From positions 755 to 64,754 of the forward strand of contig CAVOFA010000001.1 of NCBI GenBank assembly GCA_963694865.1: a DNA stretch of 64,000 nt, given 5' to 3'. The stretch comes from Gammaproteobacteria bacterium. GTDB taxonomy: Bacteria; Pseudomonadota; Gammaproteobacteria; Pseudomonadales; Pseudohongiellaceae. Positions 1 through 10,209 of the stretch are shown here, piece by piece. Position 1 is the stretch's first letter. The number at the start of each line of letters is the position of its first letter. The notes under the pieces are model-generated. The model was not told the DNA's origin. It saw nothing but the letters and a program-made list of their open reading frames with translations, and did not search any database. Position numbers and translations under genes: made by a program.

Positions 1-740
1 GAGCTCAGGGCCTCGATCAGGGCGTCTTCGTCGACACTGGAGCCGCGCCCTACGTTGATGAATATGCCCTGAGATCCCAGCTTTCGAAACACCTCGGTGC
101 CTATTAAGTTTTTGGTGTCTGCGCCGCCGGGCAACAGGCATAGCAGCACATCGGCAGCGGCAGCCAACTCAGCGATAGAGGGGTAATAGTGGTAGGGCAG
201 GTTTTTGGGTGCGCGGTTGTGATAAGCGATTTTCATCTTGAAGGGCAGGGCTCGGTGAACAATGGCCTCTCCAATTCTGCCGAGCCCAATAATCCCCAGG
301 GTTTTGCCTGCCAGGCCCCGTCCAAATTTGAACGGGCCATTAGCCCACTGTTTGCTGCGCATGAATTTGTCGGCGTTAACCGTGTCGCGGAGTGTGGACA
401 GGATTAGCGCCAGTGCTATATCGGCGACCGCGTCATTCAACACGTCCGGGGTGTTACTAACTACAACGTTTTGTGATCTGGTTTTTGCGAAATCGATAGC
501 ATCCACTCCAACCCCATAACAAGCGATTAATTCCAGCGAATTGAGTCGATAGACAAGGTCGTCGCAGTGCCACGACTTGGTTACGGCGGCGCGGCATTTT
601 CCTTCCAGATCGGCGATTAGTTTTTCTTTTTCCAGCGCGCTTTGCTGCCACAGATGATGGGTCTGATACAGCGAATCCAGTACGCGTACGGTTTCTGCAT
701 GAAAGCTGTTAACAACGAGTAAATGGGGTTTATCTGTCAT
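1..740 (-). CDS. D-isomer-specific 2-hydroxyacid dehydrogenase (glyoxylate/hydroxypyruvate reductase-like); 3' end cut by window edge
   Basis: Absent from the ORF track because it runs off the left edge. My minus-strand translation starts at the ATG (complement of 738-740). It reads MTDKPHLLVVNSF...GKTLGIIGLGRIGEAIVHRA...GIFINVGRGSSVDEDALIEALS with no stop down to position 1. It has the GxGxxG NAD-binding fold and the NxGRG block typical of this family. Confidence 0.8.
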   Translation of the reverse strand, partial: MTDKPHLLVVNSFHAETVRVLDSLYQTHHLWQQSALEKEKLIADLEGKCRAAVTKSWHCDDLVYRLNSLELIACYGVGVDAIDFAKTRSQNVVVSNTPDVLNDAVADIALALILSTLRDTVNADKFMRSKQWANGPFKFGRGLAGKTLGIIGLGRIGEAIVHRALPFKMKIAYHNRAPKNLPYHYYPSIAELAAAADVLLCLLPGGADTKNLIGTEVFRKLGSQGIFINVGRGSSVDEDALIEALS

Positions 741-934
741 GGAAATTCTGCGGCGTCGCCGGGCTGTAAAGAGGTTAGCTCGAGTATATTACCTCCAACT
801 GGGGCTAAGCAAGCCAGCTTCAGCAGCTTGATTCCGGTGAATTTGGGGAATTATTGCGCTAGCCAGCATTTTTACGTAGATTGGGCGCACTCAGGTTTGC
901 TCACACCAGCTATCGAGTCACTTAGCCAGAAAGT

Positions 935-2359
935 ATGAATTCTTCTTCCGCGTTATATAAATTACTTCCCTCCGTGGACCGGGTTTTACAATCCCCGGTG
1001 CTGTCACCGCTGATTTCCCGTGTTGGCCATGAAAGTGTCAAGCTGGCCACCAGAAGCTACCTGGAAAGCCTTCGCGAGAAGATCTCCCAGGCAGATGCCA
1101 AAACTTTAAAGCTGCTGGACTCGGATACGCTGCTCCCTGAAATTTGTCTGGGTGTTCAGGTCATGGTGAATAAGGAGTTTGCCAGCTCCCTGGTACCGGT
1201 TTTTAATCTTACCGGCACCGTTGTGCACACTAATCTGGGGCGGGCCAGGTTGCCTGAGAACGCGGTCAAGGCGATGGCCGTGGCAGCCAGATCCAGCACC
1301 AATCTTGAGTTCGACCTGGTGTCGGGAAAGCGCGGTGATAGAGATGCGCATCTCGAGCGCAGCCTCTGTGCGATTACCGGGGCGGAAGCCGCCACCGTGG
1401 TGAATAACAATGCCGCGGCAGTACTGCTGGTGTTAAATACCCTGGCTCAAAACCGGGAAGTGTTGATTTCGCGAGGTGAACTGGTAGAGATTGGGGGGGC
1501 TTTCCGGATACCCGATGTAATGCAAAGCGCCAACTGTATTTTAAAGGAAATCGGCACCACCAATCGAACGCATCTGCGGGACTATGAGTCAAATGTGAAT
1601 GCAGATACTGGTTTGATCATGAAGGTGCACACCAGCAATTATGAAATTCGGGGTTTTACCAACTCTGTCACGGCAGCCGAACTCAGCAAGCTGGCCACTG
1701 AGAAAAACATTCCCTTCGTGTCGGACTTGGGTAGCGGCACCCTGGTGGATCTTACGCAGTTTGGCTTGCCCCACGAACCCACCGTCATGGAGACCCTGAA
1801 GGCGGGGGCCGATATTGTCAGCTTTAGCGGCGACAAGTTGCTGGGAGGCCCTCAGGCGGGAATAATTGTCGGCAAACGGGAATTGATCGAGCAGTTAAAG
1901 AATAACCCTCTGAAGCGGGCGCTGCGAGTGGACAAGATCACCCTGGCAGCGTTGCTCGAAGTGATTAATCTCTACAAGGATCCCCAGCGTCTGACGACAC
2001 GATTGCCGCTATTGGCAGACCTGACAAGGCCACTGGCCGACATCGAAAAGGCTGCCGAAAGAGCCTGTGTCGAACTGGCCAAAGCCCTGGCGGGCAGAGC
2101 CACGGTCACAGTACAAGCCTGCAGAAGCCAGATTGGCAGTGGGGCGTTGCCGCTGGAGCTGTTGCAGAGTCGCGCCGTGGAAATAACCCCGGTTGCCAGC
2201 AAGGGGCAGACCGATGCCACACTAAACCAGCTGGCGGCAAGCTTCCGCTCGCTACCAACGCCGGTGATTGGCCGCATCAGTGATGGCAAGCTACTCTTCG
2301 ATATGCGTTGCCTGGCTGATGAAGCCGGGTTTATTCAACAACTGCAAAATCTTTGCTGA
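935..2359 (+). CDS. selA: L-seryl-tRNA(Sec) selenium transferase
   Basis: 474-aa ORF. The N-terminus (LYKLLPSVDRVL) and the PLP-lysine block (FSGDKLLGGPQAGIIVGK) are characteristic of SelA. Confidence 0.9.
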   Translation: MNSSSALYKLLPSVDRVLQSPVLSPLISRVGHESVKLATRSYLESLREKISQADAKTLKLLDSDTLLPEICLGVQVMVNKEFASSLVPVFNLTGTVVHTNLGRARLPENAVKAMAVAARSSTNLEFDLVSGKRGDRDAHLERSLCAITGAEAATVVNNNAAAVLLVLNTLAQNREVLISRGELVEIGGAFRIPDVMQSANCILKEIGTTNRTHLRDYESNVNADTGLIMKVHTSNYEIRGFTNSVTAAELSKLATEKNIPFVSDLGSGTLVDLTQFGLPHEPTVMETLKAGADIVSFSGDKLLGGPQAGIIVGKRELIEQLKNNPLKRALRVDKITLAALLEVINLYKDPQRLTTRLPLLADLTRPLADIEKAAERACVELAKALAGRATVTVQACRSQIGSGALPLELLQSRAVEITPVASKGQTDATLNQLAASFRSLPTPVIGRISDGKLLFDMRCLADEAGFIQQLQNLC

Positions 2360-2365
2360 AGAAAA

Positions 2366-2433
2366 AGGGCTCTAGCCTTGCGTGCTGCACAATATTGCTA
2401 ATCGTATTGTGCAGCACGCAAGGCTAGAGCCCT
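2366..2433. terminator. 29-bp perfect inverted repeat (10-nt loop) between convergent selA and the hydrolase gene; probable bidirectional terminator
   Basis: Left arm 2366-2394 (agggctctagccttgcgtgctgcacaata) is the exact reverse complement of right arm 2405-2433. An A-run precedes it, giving a U-tract for the minus-strand transcript. Only a weak T-tract follows on the plus strand. Confidence 0.7.
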
Positions 2434-2446
2434 ATTTACTATCAGC

Positions 2447-3361
2447 TCAGGCTCTTACGTAGCGGTTAAACCAATCGATGGTACGCGTCCACGCCTCGGT
2501 CGCCGTCGCTTCGTTGTAGCGTTCGGGCGTCGCGTCGTTGAAGAAGCCGTGTACCGAGTTGGGGTAAAGATGGCCTTCATGGGTGACATTGGCGGCAGTC
2601 AAGGCGTCGTCGTAGGCCGGCCAGGCATCAACCAGACGGGTGTCGAGCGCCCCATGCTGCACCAGCATTGCCGCCTTGATACTCGGCACATCCGCGGCAG
2701 CCGCCGCGCCACCGTAAAACGGCACCGCCGCCGCGAGATCGTCTCCCAACCTGACCGCAAGCTGGTTTGAAACGCCACCGCCGTAACAAAAACCGGTTAC
2801 GCCAATTTTTCCCGTGCAGTCTGCACGATTTTTCAGCCATAGCGCGCTGGCGACAATGTCTTCGAACTTTGCGTCATTGTCAATCTGTCTGAACAGCTGC
2901 CCACCCTCATAGTCATCACCGGGATAGCCACCGACGGAAGTGAGCACGTCCGGGGCAAAGGCCATGAAGTTGGCCAGCGCAAAGCGGCGGGCTACGTCTT
3001 CGGTGTGGGGGTTAAGCCCGCGATTTTCGTGCACCACTACAATGCCCGGTAGCTGGGCTGAGGTTTCACTGCGACTGTCGGCGCTGAAGGGGCGCGTCAG
3101 ATAACCTCGTATGAAGCCGTTGCCCTGTGGTGATGGCAGCGTCACATAGCTGGTGGTAATGCGTTCGTCGTCACGCGACACCTGTTGTCCCATCGCGTAA
3201 TTTGGCATCAGCGCCTCCACAATGGCGCCGGCAGTAAGACCGGCAACAGCAAACTTTTTCACGCCGTTCAGAAATGACCGGCGACTGATTTCACCGTGGA
3301 TATAGTTGTTGTAGATTTCAATTGCTTCAGTTGGAACCGTGCGCCTTTGTTTTGATGACAT
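2447..3361 (-). CDS. Dienelactone hydrolase family protein, Tat-exported
   Basis: 304 aa. It has a twin-arginine signal (SRRSFLNGVKKFAVAGLTAGA), the block VVVHENRGL, a nucleophile elbow (GVTGFCYGGG) and a C-terminal HGF. Confidence 0.8.
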   Translation of the reverse strand: MSSKQRRTVPTEAIEIYNNYIHGEISRRSFLNGVKKFAVAGLTAGAIVEALMPNYAMGQQVSRDDERITTSYVTLPSPQGNGFIRGYLTRPFSADSRSETSAQLPGIVVVHENRGLNPHTEDVARRFALANFMAFAPDVLTSVGGYPGDDYEGGQLFRQIDNDAKFEDIVASALWLKNRADCTGKIGVTGFCYGGGVSNQLAVRLGDDLAAAVPFYGGAAAAADVPSIKAAMLVQHGALDTRLVDAWPAYDDALTAANVTHEGHLYPNSVHGFFNDATPERYNEATATEAWTRTIDWFNRYVRA

Positions 3362-3651
3362 GGTGTTGCCCCTGGGTTGGCCTAGAAGCAGACGATACCA
3401 CTAAGAACTACCGGCCAAAAGCAAAAGTGGAGAGGGCCGGGGGTTTAATAAATAAATCTGTCCTATTCATTCTGAATATTCTCCTGACCAGGGGGCAGTA
3501 TAAAATATGGAAGTAGAGGGCGATTATCAGTAGTCGTCTTCTGTCCCGTGTGGTCGAAATCGGACAGTAAACTACGTGAACTTGCTGTATTTACAGGAAC
3601 AGGAGATAATCGGCTCAAGAGCACCATTACATGGCATCAGGAGAGTTTCAA

Positions 3652-5586
3652 ATGACAATAAGAAAACCACTGATTTTACTATTCATTGCAACCGTGGGTG
3701 CACTTGCCTGTGCGCCGCTGGCCCTGAGCCAGACCGGCACCGCGGAGCCGGGGGACTGGGCGTCCTGGGCTGGTAATGGCCTTGCTCAGCGCTATTCACC
3801 ACTCGATCAGATTAACGCAGATAACTTTGAAGACCTTGAGATAGCCTGGCGTTTTTCCACGGCGAATTTCGGGCCCACTACCGATTTCACGAATCCGTCG
3901 ACACCGCTGGCAGTGGACGGCGTTTTATACGCGAACATAGGCAGCACTCGAAACGTGGTGGCACTTGATGCCACCAACGGACAGGTACTGTGGCTTTGGC
4001 GCTATCAGGAAGGCGAACGTTTCACCGAAGCGCCGCGTAAGGGTGCCGGTCGTGGCGTCGCCTACTGGAGCGACGGTGAGTCGTCACGGATTCTCGACGT
4101 CTCCCCGGGCTACCAACTGATTTCACTGGATACTAAAACCGGCATTCCGGATCCGAATTTTGGCGATAACGGCATCGTAGATTTGTACGTAGGCCTGCGC
4201 AACGCCGATGATCCCAGATATCCCTTCCCCGATATTGGCATTTCTGCGCCGCCCTTTGTCATGAATGACGTCATTGTGGTAGGGGCAGCACACCGCACCG
4301 GTGGCCGGCCGCGGTCCAAGTTCAATACCAAAGGCGACGTACGCGGTTTCGATGTCCGCACCGGCGAGTTGCTGTGGACCTTTCATACCATTCCCGCGCG
4401 GGGAGAAGTAGGTTTTGAGTCCTGGTTAACCGGCAACGATATCACCGGCAATTCAGGCGTCTGGGCTGCTATCTCGGGTGATCCGGAACTGGGTCATGTC
4501 TATCTGTCGGTAGAAGACCCCACTGGCGATTACTATGGTGGCGACCGCCACGGCGACAACCTGTTTTCCAGCGGCATCGTCGCGGTAGATATCAAAACTG
4601 GTGAGCGCCAATGGCACTATCAATTTATTCACCATGACATCTGGGACTGGGATGTGCCCTCTCCGGCGATTATTGGCGATTTGCCTAACGGCCGTAAAAT
4701 CGTCATGTCGGTGACCAAACAATCCTGGGTCTATACTTTCGATCGAGAGACCGGCGAGCCCATCTGGCCAATTGTAGAGCGTCCAGTACCGGCAGGAGAC
4801 GTACCCGGGGAATGGTATTCTCCGACCCAACCCTTTCCTACGCGTCCGGCTGCCTTCGATCAACAGGGATTTGACGAAGATGATTTGATCGATTGGACCC
4901 CGGAACTCCACGCGCTGGCGCTGGAATCTATCCAGGGCTTTCGCCTGAGCTCATCTATATACACGCCTCCATCTCTGACGGAAGCAACTGACGGTACACG
5001 TGGTTTGCTTTCATTGCCTTCTTCCACTGGCGGCTCCAACTGGGAAAGCTCTGCCCTTGATCCAGAGACCGGAATTCTGTACGTGCCTTCAAGGAGCGTA
5101 CTGCAGGTATTGTCATTGTCAAAAAACCCGGAATCAGACATCGATTTCAGCCAGGGTTTTGGTGTTCGTGCCCCGCGGGTCCAGGGACTCGATATCCTCA
5201 AGCCACCTTACGGCCGCATTACTGCGATCGATATGAACTCTGGTGAACATCTCTGGATGATTGCGAATGCCGATACACCGGACCGCATTACCAATCATCC
5301 GCTGTTGCAGGGCGTTGATATTCCACGCACAGGTGTACCGACACGGTCAGGTATCTTACTGACCAAAACTCTGCTGCTCCAATCTGAGGGTACCGGTGCT
5401 GCCGGAGCCAGCCCCGTTTTCCGAGCTATAGACAAGCAAACCGGCGATATTCTTGCTGAATTGGAATTGCCCTTTAATCAAACTGGCTTGCCATTTACCT
5501 ACGAACACGATGGTAAACAATACCTGGCCATGTTCATCGGTGGTGGCGGCAATGCCGCTGAGTTAATCGCTTACGCGCTGCCGTAG
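3652..5586 (+). CDS. Soluble PQQ-dependent dehydrogenase (glucose/quinate-type beta-propeller quinoprotein) with signal peptide
   Basis: The ORF opens at 3631, but AGGAGA lies 6-7 nt upstream of the ATG at 3652, which begins a signal peptide (MTIRKPLILLFIATVGALACAPLALSQ). It has repeated W-rich propeller blades and an HHDIWDWDVP block. It lacks the vicinal CC of type I alcohol dehydrogenases. Confidence 0.8.
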   Translation: MTIRKPLILLFIATVGALACAPLALSQTGTAEPGDWASWAGNGLAQRYSPLDQINADNFEDLEIAWRFSTANFGPTTDFTNPSTPLAVDGVLYANIGSTRNVVALDATNGQVLWLWRYQEGERFTEAPRKGAGRGVAYWSDGESSRILDVSPGYQLISLDTKTGIPDPNFGDNGIVDLYVGLRNADDPRYPFPDIGISAPPFVMNDVIVVGAAHRTGGRPRSKFNTKGDVRGFDVRTGELLWTFHTIPARGEVGFESWLTGNDITGNSGVWAAISGDPELGHVYLSVEDPTGDYYGGDRHGDNLFSSGIVAVDIKTGERQWHYQFIHHDIWDWDVPSPAIIGDLPNGRKIVMSVTKQSWVYTFDRETGEPIWPIVERPVPAGDVPGEWYSPTQPFPTRPAAFDQQGFDEDDLIDWTPELHALALESIQGFRLSSSIYTPPSLTEATDGTRGLLSLPSSTGGSNWESSALDPETGILYVPSRSVLQVLSLSKNPESDIDFSQGFGVRAPRVQGLDILKPPYGRITAIDMNSGEHLWMIANADTPDRITNHPLLQGVDIPRTGVPTRSGILLTKTLLLQSEGTGAAGASPVFRAIDKQTGDILAELELPFNQTGLPFTYEHDGKQYLAMFIGGGGNAAELIAYALP

Positions 5587-5614
5587 CTAGCTAAAGCTAA
5601 CTCGAAGTACAATC

Positions 5615-5654
5615 AAAGGGGTCAGAGTAGAATTACTCTGACCCCTTTTATTTT
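5615..5654. terminator. Bidirectional rho-independent terminator between the PQQ dehydrogenase and the MFS gene
   Basis: The stem is aaaggggtcagagta / tactctgacccctttt (15 bp, loop gaat). T-runs follow on both strands. Confidence 0.85.
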
Positions 5655-5697
5655 GAGCTTGTGATCAGGTCTGCTACTACTCGAAACCAATACGTGT

Positions 5698-6897
5698 TTA
5701 GGTTTTGAGTGTTCTTCCACGCTGGATGCCGAACTTAAAACTCAGCAGAGACAATACGGATGCTGCCAGCATTAGCAGCAGCAGGGGGAAGACCGTGCCA
5801 TTGAAAATGACCGCGACGAACTGCGCTGCTGCCGCCGAAAAGGCCATCTGTAAGAATCCGGTGAGGCCGGAAGCGCTGCCTGCAAATTGTGGAAATTCAT
5901 TAATCGCCGCCGCCTGCGCATTGGGCAAGGTGATGCCGTTGCCAAATACCGCCAGAGCGATTGGCGCGAATAACGCCAGCGGTTGATGCAAGCCCGCTAG
6001 CTGCAAGGCGATCGCCAGACTGATTCCCGCCACGGCAATGACGACACCGACACCAATCATGGAATCCAAATGCAGGCGCCTGCCGAAATGCCGTGCCACG
6101 TAGTTGCCCAACATAAATCCAAAAGGAATCATGACGAAATAATAGCCGTATTCAGTGGCCGGACGGTGTAGCACCGATACCATGATTTCCGGTGCCGCGG
6201 AGATAAAGGCGAAGAACACCACGGAGACGAAGGTGACGCAAAAAGCATAGCCGCAGAAGGCGCGGGAGCGAAACAGACTCACGAAGGTAAGTAGCATCGA
6301 ACCTATGCCCTCGAAGGGTACTGGATCTTTCAGCGTCTCAGGCAGTTTGTTTATTAGCACGAGAAAAATCAGTGCGCTTAGAACGCCAACGACGATGAAC
6401 ACGGATTGCCAGCCATAGAACAGCATTAGTTCGCCGCCAAGTGCCGGCGACAGCATGGGAACTACCACCATCACCATCACCAGGGTGGCGATGACTCGAG
6501 CCGCCTCGTGGGCCGGATAGACATCTCTTACGATCGCCCGCGCCAGCACCAGTCCTACAGCACCGCCGAAGGCCTGGATAATTCTGCCAATGATCAGCAA
6601 CTCGATGGAATTCGCCAGCCAGCAAAAAATCGATCCTAACAGTGTTATGCAGAGCCCGAGCAGCATAATCGGCTTGCGCCCGAATTTATCGGAAAGCGGA
6701 CCATAGAACAGAGTGCCCACGGCGATAGCCAGCATGGACAGGCTTAAGGTGAGTTGAGCCACATCGTTGCTGACTTGAAAAGTGTCTTTGATCACGGGCA
6801 GGGCGGGCAGCAAAATCTGCATGGACGCTGGGCCCAGTGCTGAAGTTGCAGCCAATAATAGGATGAGAGACTTGCTTAACGAAGAAGTAGTCGGCAA
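5698..6897 (-). CDS. MFS transporter, Bcr/CflA-type drug efflux
   Basis: 399 aa with about 12 hydrophobic segments and MFS motif A (GPLSDKFGRKPIMLLG). The start codon in the track is TTG. Confidence 0.8.
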   Translation of the reverse strand: MPTTSSLSKSLILLLAATSALGPASMQILLPALPVIKDTFQVSNDVAQLTLSLSMLAIAVGTLFYGPLSDKFGRKPIMLLGLCITLLGSIFCWLANSIELLIIGRIIQAFGGAVGLVLARAIVRDVYPAHEAARVIATLVMVMVVVPMLSPALGGELMLFYGWQSVFIVVGVLSALIFLVLINKLPETLKDPVPFEGIGSMLLTFVSLFRSRAFCGYAFCVTFVSVVFFAFISAAPEIMVSVLHRPATEYGYYFVMIPFGFMLGNYVARHFGRRLHLDSMIGVGVVIAVAGISLAIALQLAGLHQPLALFAPIALAVFGNGITLPNAQAAAINEFPQFAGSASGLTGFLQMAFSAAAAQFVAVIFNGTVFPLLLLMLAASVLSLLSFKFGIQRGRTLKT

Positions 6898-6964
6898 AAC
6901 CCGGGTCCATCGAGTAAGGTGTTTATAACTAGGTTTCCTAACGGTCGGCCGCGGGTGTAAACGC

Positions 6965-9091
6965 TCAGCGCGCGAGTATTGCGTCTCGGTTTTGTTGCCG
7001 GTCGCTATTTAACTGAGAACTGAGAATAACGCTAGAGCCTAGCAGAATTGAGCGTTGGGCCTTGCTAATGTCATAGCCCAGGCCAAAGGTTTCGGTGTGA
7101 AACTGCTGCGTTAGTTGCTGGGCATTCCACTTGCTGTCTTGGCTTTCAACGGCGAGCATAGTGTAACACGACAGGATGGCTCCCGTTCGGTTTTTCAGAC
7201 AGATTGACAGGTCGGGTTCGGCTTTGACTTCGAGAATCAAGCCAGCATTGACCTCTTGAAAACGCGGAGAACGTGATAGATATTTATCAACCTGTCTGGA
7301 AAAATCGGAGTTATCGGCATTAATTGTCACCGGTATGGAAGCACCGAGTCGACGTAATATACTCGGGTCTTGCCGCAGTGCCGATTCGTAGTAGGTCAGG
7401 GCTTCGGTGTATTGCTGACGACGCCAGGCTGCGTTAGCCATGTGGGCCGAGACGCGGGCCTTAAGCAAGACCTCCTCCGGCGGCAATAGTGTGAGGGCCT
7501 GCACACCGGCATCCAGAGTTTGCTGATGCTGTTTTTCCAGCGGCCTGATCTCTGTGAGATAAGAAAAGTAATAGCCTTCGTTGAGTGTGAACGCGCCATT
7601 GCTACGGGCTTGATCCAAAATGGTAGACATGACGCCGGCGCCGATGAGCGCAATAATTTCCGGCTCAATCCATTCGGGAATGTATACATCCAGCGGCGCG
7701 TAGGGGCGCAGGCGGCTCTGCAAGACTTCGAAATCTGCGAAGATGGAAGCGGCTCTGCGTTCGGCTCGCCAGGCATCCAACAGGAGTCGAGCCGCACTTA
7801 ACCTGGCAGGTATTGATTCGGCCCAATCCATGGTGGCGATAGCCTCCAGCTGAATTTGGTACTGACTTCGGTTTGCTACCATATTCAGCAGTGCGGCAGC
7901 AGAGTCTTTCTGCTCGTCACCGGCACTGTAAGAGCCATTGCGGTCAGGTTGATTGAGCGCGGTAGAACTCAGCCTGATGGCATCTTCGGAGTAACCGGCA
8001 AGTAGTAGAAAGCTGGCGCTGACGAGGAAGTGCTCGGCTCGATTCATCACGCTGACTACAGGGTCCTGGGAGCCGCGCCAAACCAACATACGATCCAGTG
8101 CCGTCCTGGCTTCATCGAAGCGGCCCTGGGCCATAGTGAGGTACATCTTATAGATCCAGGGGTCTGCCACACTCTGGGGGTTCAGGTAGCGGGTGGCACG
8201 ATCCAGGTAGGCTTCGGCCCGGTCCATCTGTAACAGGCTCAGGGATACCTCGGAGGCATTGCTCAGGTAGACGGTGTCATAGTCATTAGCGGCGCTATCA
8301 CCGTCGTCTCCGTCGCCATCGATAGTACGATCACAGGCCTCCATGGAGTCAGGTGGCACCAGGCTGGCGAGCTCTACCGCACACAGCGTATTCCAGGCCC
8401 GTGCCCGCTCGCGTTTATCGCTGCTGCTTTGTAGTACTCGATTGGCACTTTCCCTGGCGGCTTCAAATTCCTTCATTTTGATCAGTGGCCAGCCGCGGAA
8501 TGATTCCATGTCGATGCCGTAGACCTGATTTATCTTGTCCAGGTAGCGCAGAGATTGCAGTTGATCGCCCATGAGTTGGTGGACATAGGATAACTGGCTC
8601 AGGGTCAGATAATGCCATTGCGCATTGCCCGAACTAATTGCCTGTTCCAGGGATTGATAGCCACTCAGCTCTTCGGCGCGGTTCAGATGAAACAGTGCCC
8701 GCGCCATATTTCCCTCAACCGTGAAAAGTACTTCGGCGAAGGAAAACTGGGCGGCCACCGACTCGGGTTCTGCCCGCAGCCATTGTTCGCTGAGCTCTCT
8801 TGCTTTTACATTCTGATCGATGCTGAGCGCATCGCAGATTGACAATGCACGCAGGTCCTCGATGTCGGTAAAGCCGAAACAGTTTGATGGCCTCAGTCCA
8901 GCCAGCAGTTCGGGAATGTCGAGGCTATCCAGATCGCCGGCAGGGGCGATGTCAGTCGAGGATGAGGGGGGTTGGGCAAAAGCAGGCAGCGATAAAGCGA
9001 CCAGTAGGTAGGACCCCAGCAGGCAGATCAATGCACTGCGGAGTCGAGTAGCGGCAACGACTCTCGGTAGCATCCAGCTCGATGCTGGCAT
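6965..9091 (-). CDS. Secreted helical-repeat (TPR-like) protein of unknown function; last gene of the MoxR operon
   Basis: 708 aa with a signal peptide (LICLLGSYLLVALSLPAFAQ) and alpha-helical repeat composition. I recognised no catalytic motif. Its ATG overlaps the MoxR stop (TAATG, 9089-9093). Confidence 0.65.
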   Translation of the reverse strand: MPASSWMLPRVVAATRLRSALICLLGSYLLVALSLPAFAQPPSSSTDIAPAGDLDSLDIPELLAGLRPSNCFGFTDIEDLRALSICDALSIDQNVKARELSEQWLRAEPESVAAQFSFAEVLFTVEGNMARALFHLNRAEELSGYQSLEQAISSGNAQWHYLTLSQLSYVHQLMGDQLQSLRYLDKINQVYGIDMESFRGWPLIKMKEFEAARESANRVLQSSSDKRERARAWNTLCAVELASLVPPDSMEACDRTIDGDGDDGDSAANDYDTVYLSNASEVSLSLLQMDRAEAYLDRATRYLNPQSVADPWIYKMYLTMAQGRFDEARTALDRMLVWRGSQDPVVSVMNRAEHFLVSASFLLLAGYSEDAIRLSSTALNQPDRNGSYSAGDEQKDSAAALLNMVANRSQYQIQLEAIATMDWAESIPARLSAARLLLDAWRAERRAASIFADFEVLQSRLRPYAPLDVYIPEWIEPEIIALIGAGVMSTILDQARSNGAFTLNEGYYFSYLTEIRPLEKQHQQTLDAGVQALTLLPPEEVLLKARVSAHMANAAWRRQQYTEALTYYESALRQDPSILRRLGASIPVTINADNSDFSRQVDKYLSRSPRFQEVNAGLILEVKAEPDLSICLKNRTGAILSCYTMLAVESQDSKWNAQQLTQQFHTETFGLGYDISKAQRSILLGSSVILSSQLNSDRQQNRDAILAR

Positions 9092-10179
9092 TAAGCGAGG
9101 GTTCCCTTGGCGAGCTGCTCCATGGGCTCACGCATACAATCTGCCAATACTCTGGCCATGTCGGATACGCCGGGAGCCAGCTCAATGCGATGCCCAAGGA
9201 CGCGAGGCAGTAATAATTCGATATCCTCGGCACTGACGAAATTGCGACCACGCAGGGCCGCTGATACTTGCAGTGCCGGCAACATTAAAACCATGCTGCG
9301 AGTGGAATTGCCCTGCAGTACGCGATCATCCTGGCGCAGGTTCCTGGAAATATCTACCAGGGCGGTCTTTACCGCGGAGCTAATGACCACCTCCGCATCT
9401 ATTTTGGCGCGGGCTGTCAGCACCTCATTTCTGCTCACGGTTTCGCGGGCGCGCTGCTGATCACGACGGGATTTGTAGGTGTCGAGCACGTCCAGCTCTG
9501 CATCACGATCGATATGATCCATGGTGATCTTGAACAGAAAGCGGTCCAATTGCGGCGTTGGCAGTGGGTACGTACCCACCAGATCCAGCGGGTTCTGAGT
9601 CGCGATGACGAAGAACAGCTCATCGAGAAAATAGGTGGTGTTGTCCACGGTTACCTGTTTCTCTCCCATAGCCTCCAACATTGCCGATTGCACTTTGGGC
9701 GAGGTGCGATTGATTTCATCGGCGAGTACAACGTGAGCAAACAGGGGGCCGTGGCGGAAGTGAAAGGCGTTGGTGTTGCTGTCGAAGATCGGCACACCGG
9801 TAATATCGGATGGCAGCAGATCTGGCGTAAACTGAATACGGCGAAACGGCACAATGCTTTCTTCCTGCAACTCTTCCTGGCGTTCAGCCGGGAATCTCGG
9901 GTCGGTGATGGCCTCGCCCAGGGCTTTTGCCAGTGTAGTCTTGCCAGAGCCGGGAAAGTCTTCCAGCAGGATATGACCGTCGGCGACCAGGGCGATGATT
10001 GCCAGCTCGATGACATCATCCCGCCCCAGTACCTGTTGCTTCACCGTATCCATCAGGGTTTGTAAAACGGCAACAGCATTGGATAGCGGGCTGTTGCTGG
10101 CAACTGGCTCTGCAACTGAACTGTCACTATCCGCTGATTTTTCCAGCGCGGTTACTGCGGCGACACTTTCAGATGTCAT
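9091..10179 (-). CDS. MoxR-family AAA+ ATPase
   Basis: 362 aa. Walker A is FPGSGKTTLAKAL, Walker B is VVLADEINRTSPKVQSAMLEAM, and IATQNP is present. Confidence 0.9.
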   Translation of the reverse strand: MTSESVAAVTALEKSADSDSSVAEPVASNSPLSNAVAVLQTLMDTVKQQVLGRDDVIELAIIALVADGHILLEDFPGSGKTTLAKALGEAITDPRFPAERQEELQEESIVPFRRIQFTPDLLPSDITGVPIFDSNTNAFHFRHGPLFAHVVLADEINRTSPKVQSAMLEAMGEKQVTVDNTTYFLDELFFVIATQNPLDLVGTYPLPTPQLDRFLFKITMDHIDRDAELDVLDTYKSRRDQQRARETVSRNEVLTARAKIDAEVVISSAVKTALVDISRNLRQDDRVLQGNSTRSMVLMLPALQVSAALRGRNFVSAEDIELLLPRVLGHRIELAPGVSDMARVLADCMREPMEQLAKGTLA

Positions 10180-10209
10180 GGTGTACTCCAGGTGAGGATG
10201 ACAAACAGC

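Noticed and set aside
823-836. 14-mer gcagcttgattccg shared between the selA upstream region (823-836) and the DUF4212 upstream region (41397-41410)
   Set aside because: For a 64-kb window, several identical 14-mers are expected by chance (on the order of N^2/2 pairs over 4^14). The flanks do not match and no palindromic operator structure is present.
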